Shown: one piece after another, positions 52,501 through 61,410 of the stretch
How the letters are laid out: every line of letters begins with the position of its first letter
How positions within the stretch are numbered: position 1 is the first letter of the stretch
DNA from: a virus
Reading direction: 5' to 3' (one strand)
Virus record (IMG/VR): IMGVR_UViG_3300027754_000044
DNA: 64,000 nt
The notes under the pieces: model-generated
Seen by the model: the letters and a program-made list of their open reading frames with translations, nothing else
Database searches by the model: none
Told to the model about the DNA's origin: nothing
Program-made: the position numbers and the translations under genes

Positions 52501-53342
52501 GCTCTTTGGCGCTGCAGGATCGAAAGAACGCGGCTCTCATCTAGATCTTCTTCGATAGATTCTCCGACCAACGTTTCTATGAAGTCAGAATCATTTTCAT
52601 TTGGATCTAAATCACTGAAACTTGTTTGATCAACAACATTCCAAAGCTCTGCATCTGAAAATGATTCACTATCTTCAATCATAAATTTTTCGAATAGATT
52701 GTCCAATGATTCCATTTCTAACCCCTCATTCTTTTTAGTCTTTTGTCCGTTTCTAACATCGTTCATTAAGTCTTTGGTATGCGAATCAGAAACATGAGAA
52801 GGAACGCCTTTACGGAATTCTTTGAAATTACCAGAAGCTGCATGTTCGCGTTGCTTGGTTGCGCTAACGCCGGATGTGCCCTCTGCATCTGGATCTCTTT
52901 CCCCAGCAGAATGAATTGTTATCTTTTTAAATTTGTAATATCCGTGACCTGCTTTTTTACCATTATAAGCATTCGTCAATTTACTCATCTCATCGTGGCG
53001 ATCAGACCCAGCAACGATATGAGCGTGCGTAACTCCAGCTTTGTGCAATGATGAAAGATGATGAAGAATCGTTGGATGTTCTTTAGACGAAGCAACGACA
53101 TTAGTTTCTGATGAAAATCTTTTAAGATGTTTCTTTTTCTGATCAGAAGATAACGGATTCTTTTTAGGATCCTGTGAATGCGACACAACAACTGAATGAT
53201 CTGCACTATGATCTTTTGCGACTGCATGAACCTTGTCAATCAACTGCATATGTCCTGTTGTTGGAGGATTCATACGCGTGAATGCAGTCACATGATGTTG
53301 ATCTGCTTTAGTTGATTCTGATAATTGAAAAAGTGTTTTCAT
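49572..53342 (-). CDS. cytidylyltransferase-like N-terminal domain + modular linker-separated C-terminal region (putative polyprotein)
   Basis: FTRMNPPTTGH, KNPL, VAGSDR, SAGERDPDAEG..GVSATK.R; repeated EEVEQMDE/EEQIDE/KKQGVxE linkers. Confidence 0.8.
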   Translation of the reverse strand: MKTLFQLSESTKADQHHVTAFTRMNPPTTGHMQLIDKVHAVAKDHSADHSVVVSHSQDPKKNPLSSDQKKKHLKRFSSETNVVASSKEHPTILHHLSSLHKAGVTHAHIVAGSDRHDEMSKLTNAYNGKKAGHGYYKFKKITIHSAGERDPDAEGTSGVSATKQREHAASGNFKEFRKGVPSHVSDSHTKDLMNDVRNGQKTKKNEGLEMESLDNLFEKFMIEDSESFSDAELWNVVDQTSFSDLDPNENDSDFIETLVGESIEEDLDESRVLSILQRQRAKMKFKQRQPRMKRMRELKRKRMATPQRLTYRARTSALMMLRKRIAGQKGLSYHKLPPSQRYAIDKAVQARYGKNLDKLVGTLSKRTLPMIRKKEMTRLAKARGQNVTMPAQSKSLYQSYDVKEDPDYISTNNDHLLTPKVNMLLRLGLVDQDEIEKYRRALKIGEKALSSPELRSKILSMLDKILKMATDDPQTFARIRAMVVLKKNPQNEEKNISKDPLENDPLEVDPLKINKMDPTPEEGHLTLRKKMIRQHESKTFASLREKMKDQYDPLAEDKIAESLYNKSVKYNVSIDAVVEVYEDALKDSGNESVAFDAVNSFLANQQEAVNEKDSVVMDIPLLIRVLELAREDLKSDMDLHKVVEKLINIRNKGILTMDDYDYIAHIKEQVEQMDEVQRSADVNRVKVRLPDGRIVWRNDRRETGVQDEEVEQMDEAPLRAVSALVGYPKLNRKIATKGTPGSEDERNKAAAGLRKDRSGLGRRAYTGDQHYDVRREEVDQIDEKHLVNVTISDPNHTMVSKRKETMQRRASVTAKDREHAIDTAINHYKKQGYKVHDHQYVEKDFENTSPAPKVSKTSLLQDVKEEQIDEVASHSELAALAHKAYIAATSQGNGVMANHYLQRHKKHKALASKENKQGMKEDVDADSIFEIEMYVPEIHEARGDHLLTIQGGRGKGRKFMHKDTSVDDHLSAMEFHLKGYHVAKKSKLEATKNHHAKMYHKHKDQIEALGGVGNHLKESNAHKILAKKIQQMAIRKKMTDDALARHNAEQEKAEKEKKQGVAETNVSKYADLGATNDTTHFIKNTTTGKIVSPHRGRQDAEDALDANMRDSDDEFKIVRARKKQGVTEAKADPLGSWISHKEFTDPKIFKTREGAKAHAEKTGGTVNSSEGYHKLRKEKAVSEEGGAGEFGTPELTKNYARETPGQCQEILNMNTADMGDVIKDFKKSDAPQFKGKSVEKRRQMAIAAKLSSQDKE

Positions 53343-54478
53343 TTCTTTTTAAACTTATCAGATGCTTTTAAATTGGCTGCTGAGAATCCTGCACGATCAA
53401 CAACCTTAAGTCCATTCGCTACATAGCCTTCACCACCGCTTTTGTTTCCTTCGATGGAAGTTTGGAATGGGTGTTTGGATGCAGCATCTAATCCTCTAGC
53501 TAAATGATTAGTAGCTTGTTGAACGTGATGGTGAATATTAAAGGAACGTTGAAACGCACCTTTATGCTTATCTACGTGTGATAGAGAATTATTTTTCTCA
53601 TCGGTTTTAATAGCCTTTGTTTTTTCCATCTTAACTGCAGCGATCTGCTTATCGTGATGAGCAGCCAGGTGAGCTTTATATGCTGGGACGCTAGGAGTTT
53701 CTCCGGAACGAACAGTTGAGTTTATGTATGTTCTTAGATGACCTTCATGACCAGCCAGATGACCATATGTGTGATCCTTCATTAACTTCTCAGCTTCTTT
53801 AACGTGATGGTCTACAGCTTTTTGATGTTCTGGTGATAACTTGCGCTCATCTTTTCCAACGATGTGATCTACCTGATGCACGTCTGGATGACTACCAAAA
53901 CCTTTGGCTTCAGTAATAGAAATCGACTCGGTAATAGGATGAGCACGACCTTCTGCATCTATTTTTGTATGAATGACTGTGCTTACTTTAGATTTCTTAA
54001 GTTTCTTACCTTCTTCAGATTTAGCATCAGTTTCGTATTTTAGAGTGTTTGGTGTATGTGAAATCTTTCCACCAGATGTAGCTCTTGTTTCTGGAGTGCT
54101 CATAAAGCCGCCCTGATATTCGCCATGACCTTTTGGAAGAACTTTTCCAACGTGGCTCAGAAGAGCATGAAGCGGATGAGCAAGATATGGCTTATGACCA
54201 TGTTGCTTATCAATATCTGAATGAGAGAAATTGTAATGTGATCCTGCGCCCTTGTATTTAACTCCAACGCGACCATTTTTATCTCGAATCGCTTGATAAG
54301 ACATCTTATCGTCGATCTTACGGGTGATTGGAGTTTTACCTGAAGCCACGCTCTTGATAGTATTGAGAGCGTGATGAGCAGCGTCCGGACCGTCGAATGT
54401 TCGATCGGATGGGTGCTCTATATGTGATATTCCTCGCTGTTGTGCTGCTTCAGCGAGGAAACTAGTAAATCTTAGCAT
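53339..54478 (-). CDS. DUF6267-like His-rich protein with capsid-targeting-like N-terminus
   Basis: MLRFTSFLAE; HIEHP.D, TRKIDD, YQG, PNTLKY, EGYV...LKVVDR..FS.AN. Confidence 0.75.
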   Translation of the reverse strand: MLRFTSFLAEAAQQRGISHIEHPSDRTFDGPDAAHHALNTIKSVASGKTPITRKIDDKMSYQAIRDKNGRVGVKYKGAGSHYNFSHSDIDKQHGHKPYLAHPLHALLSHVGKVLPKGHGEYQGGFMSTPETRATSGGKISHTPNTLKYETDAKSEEGKKLKKSKVSTVIHTKIDAEGRAHPITESISITEAKGFGSHPDVHQVDHIVGKDERKLSPEHQKAVDHHVKEAEKLMKDHTYGHLAGHEGHLRTYINSTVRSGETPSVPAYKAHLAAHHDKQIAAVKMEKTKAIKTDEKNNSLSHVDKHKGAFQRSFNIHHHVQQATNHLARGLDAASKHPFQTSIEGNKSGGEGYVANGLKVVDRAGFSAANLKASDKFKKK

Positions 54479-54531
54479 ATTATATCCTTGTTCGCAGGTT
54501 TACCTAAGCCTAACTGCGGTTAATCATGATC

Positions 54532-54539
54532 TATTTATA
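54532..54539 (-). promoter_or_regulatory. T4-type late promoter
   Basis: TATAAATA. Confidence 0.75.
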
Positions 54540-54550
54540 ATATCAAAAAT

Positions 54551-55465
54551 CTACCAAGGGTCTCCTGACAATTTTAAAGAAGAAGCCATTTTTTCTGACT
54601 CAAATTTAAATCTTATTTTCATAATTTTTTTACTACCAGCTTCAACTCCAATCGATTCATTTCCAACTTTTGATAATTTTATAGGATATTTACTTAATGC
54701 GGAAAGTTTTGGATTATTCACTGGGTCCATAACAATCGCTTGATATGGTGGTTTATTTCCTTGACCAGTAACTTTAATGTATGGTGGTGCAATTACTTCC
54801 GCGTCCATCCAATCTGATAGAAGATATTTTTTCAAATCAGATTGTTTCATTTTACTAAGTTTGAAAATTAATTCGTCGCGCATATCAGAAAGAAGTTTTA
54901 CACCGATTTTCTCCGTTTTTTCTTTAATACCCGGATTTGATCTAATATATTCTTTTCTCTTTTGAGCTGAATCGGGTAATGATAATTTCTTAATTGTTTC
55001 ACTTAGAAGTTTATCGTAAGCATCCGATAATTTCATTTTTAAATTTCTATCGACAGTACCTACTCCAGGATTCTTAAAACCGATATCCCCTTTACCTTGT
55101 GTAGCTTTGGCAGATAATCCAAGAAATGCTTTTGATGGACCACTAGTAAACTTCACTAGGATATCTGTCGGATTTTTTTTCTGATCAACAGATTCACCAT
55201 AGGCAGAAGACATTGATCCAGGTCTAGCAGTCCACCACACACCTTTTATTGAACCACCATATCCATTACTTTTTGCCCAACTGATAAATTCCTTTGCCAT
55301 TACTATGGCTTTATTTTGTGCATCATTAACTTCTTCTGGTTGCGCCTGAATAATTCTCTGCTGATATTGCATCTTTGCTTCATTGCTATACCATTTATTA
55401 TTATTTAAAACATAGCCAGTATAAATTTCATTAATATCAGATAATACAGTATTTGGAGTTGCCAT
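54551..55465 (-). CDS. putative PD-(D/E)xK-fold endonuclease
   Basis: N-terminal INE, NPTDILVKF...FLGLSAK; start reassigned to MATPNT with SD GGAGG. Confidence 0.55.
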   Translation of the reverse strand: MATPNTVLSDINEIYTGYVLNNNKWYSNEAKMQYQQRIIQAQPEEVNDAQNKAIVMAKEFISWAKSNGYGGSIKGVWWTARPGSMSSAYGESVDQKKNPTDILVKFTSGPSKAFLGLSAKATQGKGDIGFKNPGVGTVDRNLKMKLSDAYDKLLSETIKKLSLPDSAQKRKEYIRSNPGIKEKTEKIGVKLLSDMRDELIFKLSKMKQSDLKKYLLSDWMDAEVIAPPYIKVTGQGNKPPYQAIVMDPVNNPKLSALSKYPIKLSKVGNESIGVEAGSKKIMKIRFKFESEKMASSLKLSGDPW

Positions 55466-55469
55466 AGCA

Positions 55470-56081
55470 CTATCCTCCGTATCTAGTAATCGAACCATTC
55501 TCGTGTATCAAGAATGCTTCGAAATTAACTTTTGGAAATTCTCTTTTGAGCGCAAGGAATGATTGGAGATTTTTTACAGCGTCATCAAACATTCTTGCAA
55601 CTGTATAATTTCCTTTTTGTAGATACTCAGAAGTGATCTGTGCTTTTGCAGCAGGACCAGGAAGATCTCTATTACCCGCACGTTCAACATGAACACGATT
55701 AATATCGAATCCATATTTTTTAAATGTAGCTAGGAATAGTTTTTTATCATCTAGATCAGCTCTAGCTGTGATGATAATGATTTTTTTCTGAGGACTGTCT
55801 CTGAATTTACTCAGCATCTTCTTTGCTGTTTTAAATACAGTATCGACAGGACGCGCAGTGGCGTTGAATACTTCAGCCGAACGAAACTCGGAGAAGTCGA
55901 ATTCTTCTCCAGATTTTAATTTGTAGACATTAAATTCTGCTGGTGTTAATGTTCTAACACGTCTATCACCTTTTACAACGAACACTTTGGTTGTTGTATG
56001 GAAAAGTGTATCGTCTATGTCAAAAATAGAAAGCGAACTTGCTCTCATATCTTCTGCGATGAATTCTGTGAATTTTAACAT
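55470..56081 (-). CDS. HAD-superfamily phosphatase-like protein with capsid-targeting-like N-terminus
   Basis: MLKFTEFIAE; FDIDDTL, ITAR, K, MFDD. Confidence 0.85.
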   Translation of the reverse strand: MLKFTEFIAEDMRASSLSIFDIDDTLFHTTTKVFVVKGDRRVRTLTPAEFNVYKLKSGEEFDFSEFRSAEVFNATARPVDTVFKTAKKMLSKFRDSPQKKIIIITARADLDDKKLFLATFKKYGFDINRVHVERAGNRDLPGPAAKAQITSEYLQKGNYTVARMFDDAVKNLQSFLALKREFPKVNFEAFLIHENGSITRYGG

Positions 56082-56086
56082 ACACT

Positions 56087-56094
56087 TATTTATA
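56087..56094 (-). promoter_or_regulatory. T4-type late promoter
   Basis: TATAAATA 5 nt before the ATG. Confidence 0.65.
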
Positions 56095-56106
56095 ATACCA
56101 AAAGGG

Positions 56107-56607
56107 CTATTTTTTCTTATGTATGAATTTTGTGTTTCCTGTTTCTTCGGCCCATGAAATAATTAGACTTCTTTGTAGTTTGTATGCTTCTTTTTCCCAA
56201 GGCAGATCTTCGTAATCAGTTTTCTCTACATTAATCTTTCTTCGTTTCCATCTAGTAATTTCTGGGCGATAAGCATAATCATAAAGTTCACCTTTGGCGA
56301 ATTGTTTCATATGCACCAATTCGTGGCTTAATGTAGTGAATTGCTGGAATCTTGTCATGCTAGAATCTATGCGTATCGTAAACAATCTTGGCGGAGAGCT
56401 ATCATCTTCCCAGCCACAATCTCCATAAACGAACTCTTTTTTACAGAGATCCTTACAGAATATTAGATGTATAGATATTACTTCTGAAAGTCGACTACCC
56501 AGAAGATGAGTGGATATCCATCGTGTAGCTGATCTAAATTGCTTTAGAGTTCCTTTCGGAGCATTTCGCACAGATAATGATACAGAATTCCTCATCAGAC
56601 TCTCCAT
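56107..56607 (-). CDS. HExxH metallopeptidase-like protein
   Basis: TLSHELVHMKQ..GEL...Y.DLPWEKEAY. Confidence 0.8.
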   Translation of the reverse strand: MESLMRNSVSLSVRNAPKGTLKQFRSATRWISTHLLGSRLSEVISIHLIFCKDLCKKEFVYGDCGWEDDSSPPRLFTIRIDSSMTRFQQFTTLSHELVHMKQFAKGELYDYAYRPEITRWKRRKINVEKTDYEDLPWEKEAYKLQRSLIISWAEETGNTKFIHKKK

Positions 56608-56619
56608 GAAGATATATCA

Positions 56620-56799
56620 CTATTTATTATTCTCCGCATCTTCATCTTCGTATTCTGGGGGCTTATACCAAATTTCATCAATGATTTTCTGGATATAACC
56701 CTCATCTTCTTCAACCCAACACCTTTTTTGGCTTTTAGCAAAACTACGACTAGATCCTTCGTCTGATTCGTAGCGTTCTTTTCTCCAAGTTTTTCCCAT
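56620..56799 (-). CDS. 59-aa acidic hypothetical protein
   Basis: Hand-translated MGKTWRKERYESDEG...; fills the gap after the helicase. Confidence 0.5.
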   Translation of the reverse strand: MGKTWRKERYESDEGSSRSFAKSQKRCWVEEDEGYIQKIIDEIWYKPPEYEDEDAENNK

Positions 56800-56807
56800 A
56801 TTACACC

Positions 56808-58223
56808 CTATTTAAATCCGCTGAAGTCTTTACGACCCATTTTTTTAGTAGCCCAACGCATAGAATCATCTTCATTCATACGCGCACCAAATTTACTTTT
56901 ATCAAACGCTGGCTTATCTACGATGAGATCTTCCTGCGCTGATTGCTCAACATCATATAATCTAAACTTAGATCTATCAATACCGACAACGAACTTAGAA
57001 TGAAGCGTGAGATCGTTGTATCGATTCTTTAATTGCTTAATCATCAATTGATTTAAATTTTGTAGTTCTTCCGATGATATAAGTGCTATCATGAAGTCTG
57101 CTGTGGCTGGAAGACCAAAGGATTCTGAGGTGTCAGTTAAATCCGGATCTGAGTTACTAAAACCAGATCGAGTTGTTTGTGTTGCGCTAACGATAGGAAC
57201 ATTGAATTCAACTGCTAATCCTCTCAATTCTTCTGCGATAGATTTAATATAAGTGTAACTATTTATATTTGCTCCGGGTTTAACTCTCGAAGACATAGAG
57301 ATATTCAGATAATCTAGGTAGATAATATCTGGCTTGAAGGTTCGCTTTAGATTTAGTTCATTGAGTAGATGGCGGAAATGCCCAACGTGAGCAGTTGCTG
57401 TTGGATATTCCTTTACGATGAGTTTTCCGGAAGTTTTAGAACGAACTTTAGAAACTTTCGTTTCATACATATCTTTCGAAAGATTGGCTAGATCTTCACA
57501 AGCTACGTTCAAAAGATTTGCATCAATACGTTCTGCGATCTTTTCTTCGGCCATTTCCATAGTCAGATAAAGAACATTTTTTCCGAGCATCATATTGGAC
57601 GCAGCCAAATGACACATCGCTAGAGTCTTACCTACTCCAGTTCCAGCCATAATGATATTCAACGACTTCTTAGAAAATCCGCCGCGAGTTATCTTATTCA
57701 TCATATCCAGATCGAAAGGAACTTTCTCTTCGACGCGATGATAAAAATCATATCGCTCAGCAAAGTCCTCTAGAAAATCATGGCCAATATGATTGTCGAA
57801 AGAGATAGCAAGAGCATCAGTCAATATCTGTGGTATATTTCCTTTATCCTGATGCTTTTCTTTTCCGTCAAGAATATGAATGCTATCCATAATAGCATTA
57901 TATACAGCTTTCTCCTGACAGAATTTCTCAGTTGTATTGAGCAACCAAGTTTCGTCTATCTTTTCTGGAGGAGTTAAGGCGTCGATGAGTTCTGAAGATT
58001 GCTTATGCTCAGACTCACCAACTCCGGTCAAATTATTTAACTCAATTGAAAGTGCTTCTTTTGTGGGTAGTGAATTATATTTTGAAACGAAAGACTCGAT
58101 CTGTTTAAAAACGAGCCTTTCGCTTGAATCTACAAAATACTTTTCTTTAAGAAAGGGAATAACTTTTCGTGCATAACTATCATCATGCAATAGATGATTC
58201 AGTATCGTCGATTCGATTCTCAT
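56808..58223 (-). CDS. gp41: DnaB-like replicative helicase
   Basis: AGTGVGKT, TMEMAE, VKEYPT, DYL, SATQTTR, SESFGLPATAD, QLKNRY. Confidence 0.97.
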   Translation of the reverse strand: MRIESTILNHLLHDDSYARKVIPFLKEKYFVDSSERLVFKQIESFVSKYNSLPTKEALSIELNNLTGVGESEHKQSSELIDALTPPEKIDETWLLNTTEKFCQEKAVYNAIMDSIHILDGKEKHQDKGNIPQILTDALAISFDNHIGHDFLEDFAERYDFYHRVEEKVPFDLDMMNKITRGGFSKKSLNIIMAGTGVGKTLAMCHLAASNMMLGKNVLYLTMEMAEEKIAERIDANLLNVACEDLANLSKDMYETKVSKVRSKTSGKLIVKEYPTATAHVGHFRHLLNELNLKRTFKPDIIYLDYLNISMSSRVKPGANINSYTYIKSIAEELRGLAVEFNVPIVSATQTTRSGFSNSDPDLTDTSESFGLPATADFMIALISSEELQNLNQLMIKQLKNRYNDLTLHSKFVVGIDRSKFRLYDVEQSAQEDLIVDKPAFDKSKFGARMNEDDSMRWATKKMGRKDFSGFK

Positions 58224-59292
58224 TTACTTTCTTCTGTGTAGTTTCAATTGATTCATCGTCGGACTTTGTTTCTTGTCCATATTTAAATTCGCGAGCAGCT
58301 GCAACTTCTAATTGATCTAGCAGATCTTTTGTAAAGTATTTTTCTGGTTCATCATTAATTGTTTTGCCAAAAACTTTAGTTCCATCAGGAAGTTCATAAC
58401 GGGTGCTAACCTTCTTAATGATACCATATTTTTCAGCAAGATCCAATAGACCGTAATAGCGATCCAGACCTTTAGAATAAGAAAGTTTAACATCAACCAT
58501 CTTATTTTCCTTCGTCATTCGACTCTTATGCATCTTACAGTGAATGATATTTCCTACAACTTCTGTTCCCTCTTTGTCTTTTTTCTTTGACAGCATTACA
58601 ATCTGTGATGCTGCGTATTTCAATCCTGATCCACCAGAGATTTCATTTGTTGGAAAGAAAGAACCGATAGCTGCATAGACGTGATTGGTGATGATCAGAG
58701 GAACATTAATTTTTGCCAGCTTCAATGAAAGCACTCGAAATGTTGCTTTAGCTAAAGCAGCTTTGGTCATATCTTTGGTTTCTGAACCTTCGGTAGAATC
58801 AGAAATTTCTTTCGTGCTCGACAACATACCAAATGAATCTAGAATCATGAGCATCGGAGGACGGTCATCCTTTTCCATTTTGGCATAATTGTCTAGAACT
58901 TTAATTGCATGAGTTCTAAAATTTTGAATGGTATCAGTTTCAACTATGATGACTCGCTTTGTATCAAGTCCACGATCAAGCATCATCTGTTTGGTAACAG
59001 CAGCTTCTGTATCGTAGTAGAAAATTGCGGCATCTTTGTTATCGTCCAGAAACTGTTTAGCAATCCCTAGAACGAAAAATGTTTTTCCTGTAGCACTTTC
59101 ACCTGCGAATGCGGTGATTTTATTATTCGGAACTCCACCAAAGATACTTCCAGTCAGAGCAGCATTAAGAATATAACTACCAGTGTCAATTGCTCCAGAA
59201 TATTCTGAGGAATGTAAACCATCGTCCGCAAGATGTGTATCAACATCACCTAGATCCTTAATCATGTTTTTAATAAAATCGTGTTTCGACAT
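58183..59292 (-). CDS. uvsX: RecA-like recombinase
   Basis: AGESATGKTF, YYDTE, LDSFG, ITNHVY, SGGSG..YAAS. Confidence 0.97.
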   Translation of the reverse strand: MSKHDFIKNMIKDLGDVDTHLADDGLHSSEYSGAIDTGSYILNAALTGSIFGGVPNNKITAFAGESATGKTFFVLGIAKQFLDDNKDAAIFYYDTEAAVTKQMMLDRGLDTKRVIIVETDTIQNFRTHAIKVLDNYAKMEKDDRPPMLMILDSFGMLSSTKEISDSTEGSETKDMTKAALAKATFRVLSLKLAKINVPLIITNHVYAAIGSFFPTNEISGGSGLKYAASQIVMLSKKKDKEGTEVVGNIIHCKMHKSRMTKENKMVDVKLSYSKGLDRYYGLLDLAEKYGIIKKVSTRYELPDGTKVFGKTINDEPEKYFTKDLLDQLEVAAAREFKYGQETKSDDESIETTQKKVNENRIDDTESSIA

Positions 59293-59314
59293 ATGTTGCT
59301 CCTTGTATGAGTGT

Positions 59315-59343
59315 ATTATATACTATATTTCGAGATATGTAAA
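59315..59343 (-). promoter_or_regulatory. sigma70-type promoter for uvsX
   Basis: TTTACA-17-TATAAT, followed by SD AAGGAG. Confidence 0.75.
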
Positions 59344-59346
59344 GGT

Positions 59347-60234
59347 TTATTTTTTCGTTTTTGTTACAGTGACGTCTGGCATTTCCATCCAATTCTTACC
59401 ATCTGTCGCTACAGCGTTTGCGTTGCTCTTGAACCACTTCTTAGCTTCCATAGAATATTTATTAGAAATATCTGTCGGTTTGGATTTTTGAGAATAATTA
59501 ATATTGGCAGAAACTATGAGTAATAAAGCCAATGGGTCTAATACTAAAACCAAAGCAATGATCATAAATCTTACGGCCTTCTCCAATATTTCTTTATTAG
59601 ATTCTCCGTAGATCAATTCAGCTACATAACGAATTGGTCCGACTTCTTTTTCGGCCGCCCGTATCTCTTTGGCTAGTGGCATCTTTTCTGTCTGAAGTTC
59701 ATCAATAGATTTTTGTGCATCCTTGATTTCTTTGTTTATCAACAGCCGTTCTTTTTCTTGGCTCTTTCTGTAACGCAATCCTTGTTCTGCATCTTTATCA
59801 GAAATGATTTTATTGACTGCAGAATCTAATTGTTTAAGCGCAAGTGCACTAGTATCTATACGACTCTTTTCTCTTTCTATTTTAGAGTCTATCATTTCAA
59901 TCTTAGACTGAAAGTCGCCTGAAGACAGATTCTGGTCTATATGTGCTTTGGAAAGGAAACCAAAAACACCCATACTTGTAATGAACATTAATATAGTGAC
60001 AGCAATTGAAAAATATGTTTTCATCAGTAGCGGTAAGATACTCCAGTTTCTATACAGATACGAAGCTGTAATAATTTTACCTATTTCTAGAGTAGTTCCC
60101 ATTATGATGATGGGCCAAAACGATGCAGAAAATATAGCAGCCAATCCAGTTATAGCATACCACGCGGATACAAATGAAAGTGTAATCCCTGTAAAAATTG
60201 CTAATGATCTGTCTATATTAGGCTTCAGCTTCAT
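59347..60234 (-). CDS. membrane protein with long coiled coil
   Basis: 3 N-terminal TM segments, FITSMGVFGFLSKAH, EVGPIRYVAE, DPLA. Confidence 0.8.
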   Translation of the reverse strand: MKLKPNIDRSLAIFTGITLSFVSAWYAITGLAAIFSASFWPIIIMGTTLEIGKIITASYLYRNWSILPLLMKTYFSIAVTILMFITSMGVFGFLSKAHIDQNLSSGDFQSKIEMIDSKIEREKSRIDTSALALKQLDSAVNKIISDKDAEQGLRYRKSQEKERLLINKEIKDAQKSIDELQTEKMPLAKEIRAAEKEVGPIRYVAELIYGESNKEILEKAVRFMIIALVLVLDPLALLLIVSANINYSQKSKPTDISNKYSMEAKKWFKSNANAVATDGKNWMEMPDVTVTKTKK

Positions 60235-61033
60235 ATAAACTTCTTCCTAGTTTATTCCAATCGCGACATATATCCATAATTCGAATTCGTTTCTTAAAAT
60301 TAATTCTATCATTTTCTAAAAGACTTTCGAACAACTTATCTATATTGGAACCTAATTGCAAATTTATATGCTTCTTAAACTTACCAATCAGTTTAAATTC
60401 AGAGAATGCGGTTACTACGTGATGTTTCTGGAATGGTTTATTTAGTTCATACCAGTCATACTGTCGGAAAAAATCAATCACATTTTTTTCTAAGTAAGGC
60501 GCAATGATTTTTTTATCGTATTGTTTAGCTAGAATTTTTTGCTGAATCAGACCAGCTGGATTCTTTTGTGCAAAATAATCTACGCGAAATTCATCAAATT
60601 TAGATTTTGGTGTTTTGTAATGGATACATGCTTTCTTAGAAACGCCATAGTGACCATCAGCTGCAATTCCAGAAATTACTTCAAATTCCTTGATCTTCGG
60701 ATACACATATAGAAATGGGAATGTGCATTCGAAGTGAGTTTTCTTTTTGCATTCAATATCTGTAGCTAGATATATGAAATCGCTCTCTAGATTTTTGGCA
60801 GGAACTTCAATTAGAGTATACTCCCAATTCATAATCTTAGCGACTTCAATTGCTTTCATTGCGTCATAAGAAGGGTCGTTTTCTAAATGAAACGTATATA
60901 CGTGAACCTTCTTACCTAACCTATGCGCAGAGAAAGCACAAGAGATACTATCAACTCCACCAGACATTAAGACCGCTACAGAGTCTGATTTGGAATGTTT
61001 CTGTATCTCATTGCATAATAACTGATCAATCAT
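60218..61033 (-). CDS. stand-alone asparagine-synthetase-like PP-loop ATPase
   Basis: VAVLMSGGVDS, ISGIAADGHYG (cf. SGEGADE.FG), APYL. Confidence 0.75.
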   Translation of the reverse strand: MIDQLLCNEIQKHSKSDSVAVLMSGGVDSISCAFSAHRLGKKVHVYTFHLENDPSYDAMKAIEVAKIMNWEYTLIEVPAKNLESDFIYLATDIECKKKTHFECTFPFLYVYPKIKEFEVISGIAADGHYGVSKKACIHYKTPKSKFDEFRVDYFAQKNPAGLIQQKILAKQYDKKIIAPYLEKNVIDFFRQYDWYELNKPFQKHHVVTAFSEFKLIGKFKKHINLQLGSNIDKLFESLLENDRINFKKRIRIMDICRDWNKLGRSLYEAEA

Positions 61034-61402
61034 TTAGCCTCTTGTGATAGCTAATACTGCATCCAATTGTTTTTGAACTACTGGACCGCGATTTGGCCAC
61101 AGGATATATTCTTTATCTGCAGTCTTCAGGAGATTATTTAGAAGCGGAACAATGATTGCTTCTAGTTTTCGAATTTTATCTTTCAACTGCGCTTCTGTTA
61201 TATTTTCATCTCCACGTTCTTCTAACTTAAATACCAACGACGTCAGAGCATCAATTTTTTCTTCAAGACGCTGAACATCTTGAGAAGGAACGATATCATT
61301 AGTTGTTGTAGGTTCGAGCGGTCTTATAGCACTTTCGTCGATAGCTGAAAATCCATAATCTAATGAAAGATATTCTGCGGGAACTACTGCGTGTGTGGTC
61401 AT
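61034..61402 (-). CDS. conserved T4-like hypothetical protein
   Basis: DYGFSAIDE...IVPLLNNLLK...YILWPNR; start reassigned to MTTHAVV. Confidence 0.75.
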   Translation of the reverse strand: MTTHAVVPAEYLSLDYGFSAIDESAIRPLEPTTTNDIVPSQDVQRLEEKIDALTSLVFKLEERGDENITEAQLKDKIRKLEAIIVPLLNNLLKTADKEYILWPNRGPVVQKQLDAVLAITRG

Positions 61403-61410
61403 ATTAATCC

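Noticed and set aside
60218-61033. QueC / 7-deazaguanine pathway
   Set aside because: No C-terminal Cys zinc cluster, and no folE, queD, queE or dpdA recognised in the window.
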